Positions 5,794-9,569 of a stretch of 9,569 bases of DNA are shown one piece after another (position 1 is the stretch's first letter; each line of letters begins with the position of its first letter). The stretch lies in assembly GCA_026387835.1 (NCBI GenBank), contig JAPLKZ010000003.1:1-9569 (forward strand), written 5' to 3'. The translations under genes were made by a program, and so were the position numbers. The stretch comes from Candidatus Saganbacteria bacterium. GTDB lineage: Bacteria > Margulisbacteria > WOR-1 > JAKLHX01. Below the pieces are notes generated by a model. That model did no database searches. It was not told the origin of the DNA and saw only the letters and a program-made list of their open reading frames with translations.

Positions 5794-7791
5794 GTGGACA
5801 ACAATATCCTGGAACTGATCGGTATTGATAAGAACGACGAAAGGCATGTAAAGGACATCACGGCTTCGGAGTTCTTCGGGTATCCCCTGCAGACGGTAAT
5901 AGATGCCGAGAACAGGCTAGTTTCAAAGGAAACTCCTTCCGTAGCATATTTCTCCATGGAATTCGGGCTCGGCCCCAGCATCTACCACACTTTCAAAACA
6001 AAGAACAAGATCGCCGAATCCAACATGTCGAGAAAACATGAGATCTTCTCGAACATGATGCAGATGGATTATTATCATACTTTGCAAGTGGACAAGATAC
6101 TTGACCTGCCTTTATACAGCGGAGGCCTCGGGGTCCTGGCGGGCGACGCATTAAAATCGGCGGCTGATCTAGGTATTTCTCTGACAGGTATCGGGATACT
6201 CTGGCATAAAGGATACTTCAAGCAGAAGTTCTGGTTCAAAGGCGGCGGCCAGTTCCCCGAAGAGACAACATGGGACCCTTACTCGTATCCAGGGCTAATA
6301 CCGCTTGAAAAGACCGTCGAGATAGAGCTAAGCGGCGCGAAATTGAAATTGAAATTATGGAAATATTACATATATTCTTATGACCTGAAGAACGTAGTCC
6401 CGCTGATACTGCTGGACGCTAACTGTGTGGAAAATCCCGAATACCTGAGAGAACTTACCGACCAGCTCTACAGGAGCAATAACAACTGGATAAAGATCGC
6501 GCAGAGGATGATACTCGGTATCGGAGGGATGAAAGCACTCGAAACCCTGGGCTACTCTGTAAAAAAATACCATCTGAACGAGGGGCATGCCGCTCTCGCC
6601 TTTCTTGAAAAGGCGCAAAAAGGCGGTCTGGATGCGGTAAAAGATAATTTTGCCTACACCTGCCACACTCCGGTGGAAGCGGGACATGACCGCTTCAATT
6701 TTCAGGAGATAGAAGCGGCTCTGGGTGAGGAGAAGGCCGCGATATTGAGGGAACACGGCAGGGACCTGAAAAATCCTTCGCAGGCTAACCTGACGATACT
6801 TGCAATGAATGCGAAAAACGTGAACGGAGTCTCGCAAAAGCACGGCGAAGTCACAAGGCTGCAGTTCCCGCAGTATGCCGGCAAGATCAGGAGCATAACC
6901 AACGGAGTGCACACTTTCACCTGGATGTCCGACAGCATCAGGGACATGCTGAAAAAATACAAGGACAGGATAGGGGACTTTGAAGCCGATCCGGTGCTTC
7001 TGAAGAACGTCGCGTCGTTAAAGAACGATGTAGTTTTCAGGAAAGAACTTCTTGCAGCTCACAGGCAGAATAAAGAAACACTTTCAAAATATCTGAAGTC
7101 ATGGTTCTTCGATCCGAACACCTTCACTATCGCATGGGCAAGGCGGTTCGCGGGATATAAGCGGCCGACATTGCTTTTTCATGACGTCAGCAGGCTTATC
7201 TCGATCGCCAGAGATACAGGGCCTGTCCAGGTCCTGATCGCCGGGAAAGCGCATCCCGCGGACACTCCCGCGTCGCTCCATATGGATGAATTGATGGAAA
7301 AGATAAACCGCCTCGGCGGCCAGAGAAAGATCCTCCGTGTATGCTTCCTTGAAAATTACGATACATATTTTGCAAAGATGCTCACCAGTTCAGTAGATGT
7401 CTGGCTTAACAACCCGCTTCCGCCGTTCGAGGCGTCCGGGACTTCCGGTATGAAGGCGATCGTGAACGGGGTCATACAACTGAGCACTCTGGATGGCTGG
7501 ATAGTTGAGGCCGCCGATAAGAACATTGGAAAAATATTCGGTTATGTCCCGAAGGAGGGCGAGATAGGTTCGGAGTCGGACCTGAAGATGAAAGAGGATT
7601 CAGCCGCGCTTTATGACTCACTCGACGGGATGGTAAAGCTTTATTACGACACTTTGACGGAAAAGATCAGGCTTGAAGATTCCGGATGGGTCGACATGAT
7701 GATCAACTGCATAGAACAATCAGCTTATTTTTCCACACAGAGAATGATAAGGGAATATAACGAGATGATATGGGACGGACGCAGTCTTTAA
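5794..7791 (+). CDS. glgP: Alpha-glucan (glycogen/maltodextrin) phosphorylase, GT35, short ~665-aa form
   Basis: Motifs AYFSMEFG, YSGGLGVLAGD, HLNEGHAA, TNGVHTFTW and the PLP-lysine motif EASGTSGMK. The only in-frame start upstream of the conserved N-terminus is GTG at 5794. It has no SD, so the start is less certain than the rest of the call. Confidence 0.9.
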   Translation: MDNNILELIGIDKNDERHVKDITASEFFGYPLQTVIDAENRLVSKETPSVAYFSMEFGLGPSIYHTFKTKNKIAESNMSRKHEIFSNMMQMDYYHTLQVDKILDLPLYSGGLGVLAGDALKSAADLGISLTGIGILWHKGYFKQKFWFKGGGQFPEETTWDPYSYPGLIPLEKTVEIELSGAKLKLKLWKYYIYSYDLKNVVPLILLDANCVENPEYLRELTDQLYRSNNNWIKIAQRMILGIGGMKALETLGYSVKKYHLNEGHAALAFLEKAQKGGLDAVKDNFAYTCHTPVEAGHDRFNFQEIEAALGEEKAAILREHGRDLKNPSQANLTILAMNAKNVNGVSQKHGEVTRLQFPQYAGKIRSITNGVHTFTWMSDSIRDMLKKYKDRIGDFEADPVLLKNVASLKNDVVFRKELLAAHRQNKETLSKYLKSWFFDPNTFTIAWARRFAGYKRPTLLFHDVSRLISIARDTGPVQVLIAGKAHPADTPASLHMDELMEKINRLGGQRKILRVCFLENYDTYFAKMLTSSVDVWLNNPLPPFEASGTSGMKAIVNGVIQLSTLDGWIVEAADKNIGKIFGYVPKEGEIGSESDLKMKEDSAALYDSLDGMVKLYYDTLTEKIRLEDSGWVDMMINCIEQSAYFSTQRMIREYNEMIWDGRSL

Positions 7792-8909
7792 ACCAATAAT
7801 ATTTTGGCGGGAGGAAATCCGTTAAAACCGGGGACAGCGCTTGCGGAAGAATAAGCGCCAATATTTTTGACATAAACCATATTACCCACATCAAGCTCGG
7901 GCAGTTCCACACTCTGAGAAATAGTATCAAAAGAATCGCAGGTCGGTCCGGCAAGAGTGCTCAGAAATTTCTGGCCGCGCTTCAGGGCGTTGAACTGGTA
8001 CTTGCAGTGGTCAAATACTATCCCGGAAAAATCCGCGTAGACCCCGTCATCGAGATAATAATAGTTCTTATTGTTCCTGAAAGTCCTGCCCACCACGCTT
8101 GTGACAAGAGTGCCCGCAGGGCCTGCGAAAAACCTTCCCGGTTCGGCTATGGCCCTGACGTTCTTGTCAAAAAGCCTTTTCATCTCGCGTTTTATCTTTG
8201 ACGCGAGAGATTTAAAGTCGATATGGCCGTCGCTGTCAAAGTGTTTTATCGGAAAGCCGCCGCCGATATCAAGCACGGAAAGGCTGAGACCGTTCCTGCT
8301 TGCTTCTTTAAAGATCGCGGCGCTCATCTCAAGCGCCTGGATGTAATTGTGCGCGTCCAGGCACTGGGAGCCGACATGGAAAGCGACACCCATCGGTTTC
8401 AGCCCGAGGTTCTTTGCTTTTTTAAGAAAATGCACGGCCTGCTCGGGATCAGCCCCGAACTTGAGCGAAAGCTCAACGATGCTCCCGACGTTGGCGACTT
8501 TTATGCGGACCAGGACTTTCGCGCCGGGGCAGTACTTGGCTATTTTGTAGATCTCGGGTTCGTTGTCGAAGGTCATGAATTTGACGCTGTTTTTTCCGGA
8601 AAACTCCAAATCTTTTTGGGATTTGATCGTATTGGCAAATATCACTTTTTCGGGCTTCGCACCGAGGCCCAGCACAAGCTTCATCTCATTGCCGGACGCG
8701 ACGTCGAACCCGCTGCCAAGACTGATGAAGAACTTTATTATTTCTGGGTCCGGGTTTGCTTTGATGGCGTAGAACGGTTCAACTCCCGGAAGGTGTTTTT
8801 TAAACAGGTCGTACTGGTTCTTTAATATGCTCTTGCTGACGAGCATTAACGGGGTAGGGTGCTTTTTGGTGAACCTGCGTATGACCGATTCTATTTGCTT
8901 TTTTTTCAT
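7788..8909 (-). CDS. PLP-dependent (alanine-racemase-fold, group IV) ornithine/lysine decarboxylase
   Basis: Motifs: PFYAIKANP (PLP lysine), HVGSQ, DIGGGFP, AEPGRFF, GPTCDSFD (catalytic Cys). I prefer the ATG at 8909 because it forms an ATGA overlap with the stop of the upstream hss. The ORF track's longer version starts at a GTG at 8936, 9 codons upstream. Confidence 0.88.
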   Translation of the reverse strand: MKKKQIESVIRRFTKKHPTPLMLVSKSILKNQYDLFKKHLPGVEPFYAIKANPDPEIIKFFISLGSGFDVASGNEMKLVLGLGAKPEKVIFANTIKSQKDLEFSGKNSVKFMTFDNEPEIYKIAKYCPGAKVLVRIKVANVGSIVELSLKFGADPEQAVHFLKKAKNLGLKPMGVAFHVGSQCLDAHNYIQALEMSAAIFKEASRNGLSLSVLDIGGGFPIKHFDSDGHIDFKSLASKIKREMKRLFDKNVRAIAEPGRFFAGPAGTLVTSVVGRTFRNNKNYYYLDDGVYADFSGIVFDHCKYQFNALKRGQKFLSTLAGPTCDSFDTISQSVELPELDVGNMVYVKNIGAYSSASAVPGFNGFPPAKILLV

Positions 8910-9569
8910 TGTATCAAGAAATTCCCAAACTGCCACGGGTCGCTTTGATCGAACTTTACATCATTATAATTCTGGTACAGGGCTACCCTTGTTTTTAACG
9001 GTGTCCAGTCTACAGGGGTCGAAACGAAAGGCCCGAGGTATTCTTTTGCCACTGACAGGATATCTTTGTAAGGCAGATCGTCAGGCACCCGGACGCCTTC
9101 TTTGGGGTTCTTTATCATCCAGACAGCCGCGGCGATGACTGAGCATGCTACCTGAAGGGTCGTCGCGTTCTGGTTAGGCACAAGTTCCCTTGATTCATGG
9201 ATGTCCAAAAGCGATCCGACCCACCACGACTTGAAATCATGTCCCATTATAAGGACGCCGAGCTCATCGCGGCCGCTGATTATCTCATCGGTAAGTACCC
9301 TCTGGTTTTCCTGAAGATCGAACTGCCTCATCTCAAGCTCGTGCAGAGAATTGATGGCGACGTCGGCAGGGCAGTAGGCATAATGGACCGTTGGCCGGTA
9401 AACAGGCTTTCCTTTCTCCCGGACGGTCAGATGGTCGGATATTGTAAAAGCTTCGCCGTGGCGCACTACCATCCCTGTTATTTCACCGCACGGTACCCAG
9501 CTCCTGACCCAGGTCTTTATTCCCATCTGTGAAAGGCAGATCTGGTTTCCGGGCCCGCCATTATGGGAA
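8906..9569 (-). CDS. hss: Homospermidine synthase (bacterial NAD-dependent HSS), C-terminal ~220 aa; the gene continues beyond the window end
   Basis: Colinear by eye with Blastochloris viridis HSS: VYRPTVHYAYCP / VYRPTCHYAYHP, DELGVLIMGH / DELGVLLYGH, PNQNATTLQV / PDQNATGLQV, EYLGPFV...DWTPL / PYLGPVV...DWTPL, SDPWQFGNFL / SDPWQFRNVL. The frame stays open upstream of the first Met to position 9569 (…SHNGGPGNQICLSQMGIK…). Confidence 0.9.
   Translation of the reverse strand, partial: SHNGGPGNQICLSQMGIKTWVRSWVPCGEITGMVVRHGEAFTISDHLTVREKGKPVYRPTVHYAYCPADVAINSLHELEMRQFDLQENQRVLTDEIISGRDELGVLIMGHDFKSWWVGSLLDIHESRELVPNQNATTLQVACSVIAAAVWMIKNPKEGVRVPDDLPYKDILSVAKEYLGPFVSTPVDWTPLKTRVALYQNYNDVKFDQSDPWQFGNFLIQ

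Noticed and set aside
6342-6359. (GAAATT)x3 tandem hexamer inside glgP, encoding KLKLKL
   Set aside because: It is in-frame and too short to be a contingency locus. It is most simply a short amphipathic beta-strand coding quirk.
6355-6962. Long minus-strand ORFs (185 aa, 86 aa) inside glgP
   Set aside because: They are antisense shadow ORFs within a confidently identified phosphorylase. They have no recognisable motifs.
8899-8906. A8/T8 homopolymer at the hss/decarboxylase junction as a possible phase-variation or slippage site
   Set aside because: It simply encodes the MKKK N-terminus, which is common in AT-rich genomes. A similar run follows the ppi start. There is no alternative frame that would give a sensible product.
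8007-9138. Plus-strand ORFs (up to 200 aa, 8223..8825) opposite the decarboxylase and hss
   Set aside because: They are antisense to genes with strong family signatures. Long antisense frames are expected from codon bias, and I see no independent start or SD evidence.

Overview
This window holds the 3' end of an rRNA operon followed by about 8.4 kb of tightly packed coding DNA. The rRNA part is the last ~920 nt of 23S, a ~73-nt spacer and 5S. The host looks like a moderately AT-rich bacterium (roughly 45-48% GC by eye) using the standard genetic code, since TGA, TAA and TAG all end ORFs at sensible C-termini.

Nine CDSs are supported:
- a translationally coupled pair of small proteins (DUF5674-like plus a 111-aa helical protein)
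- a secreted cyclophilin-type PPIase
- a 219-aa orphan
- an SrkA/RdoA (YihE)-type kinase
- a divergent NagB/6-phosphogluconolactonase-superfamily protein with an N-terminal extension
- a short-form GT35 alpha-glucan phosphorylase
- a homospermidine synthase -> ornithine decarboxylase operon, with hss cut by the window edge

I see no CRISPR array, transposase, integrase, tRNA, terminal inverted repeats or recognisable defence or toxin genes. I therefore cannot point to a clear novel multi-gene system.

The items most worth a second look are:
1. The 5S 3' end plus T-tract is duplicated 152 bp downstream, and the two copies flank a CGAAG heptad array.
2. The uncharacterised two-gene cassette sits directly after the rRNA operon.
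3. Three genes share a -10 box, 6 nt, ATG layout with no Shine-Dalgarno, which suggests leaderless mRNAs.
4. The 219-aa orphan has a weak, degenerate HD-domain-like pattern.
5. The NagB-like protein is atypical.

All family assignments come from motif recognition by eye and need profile searches to confirm.
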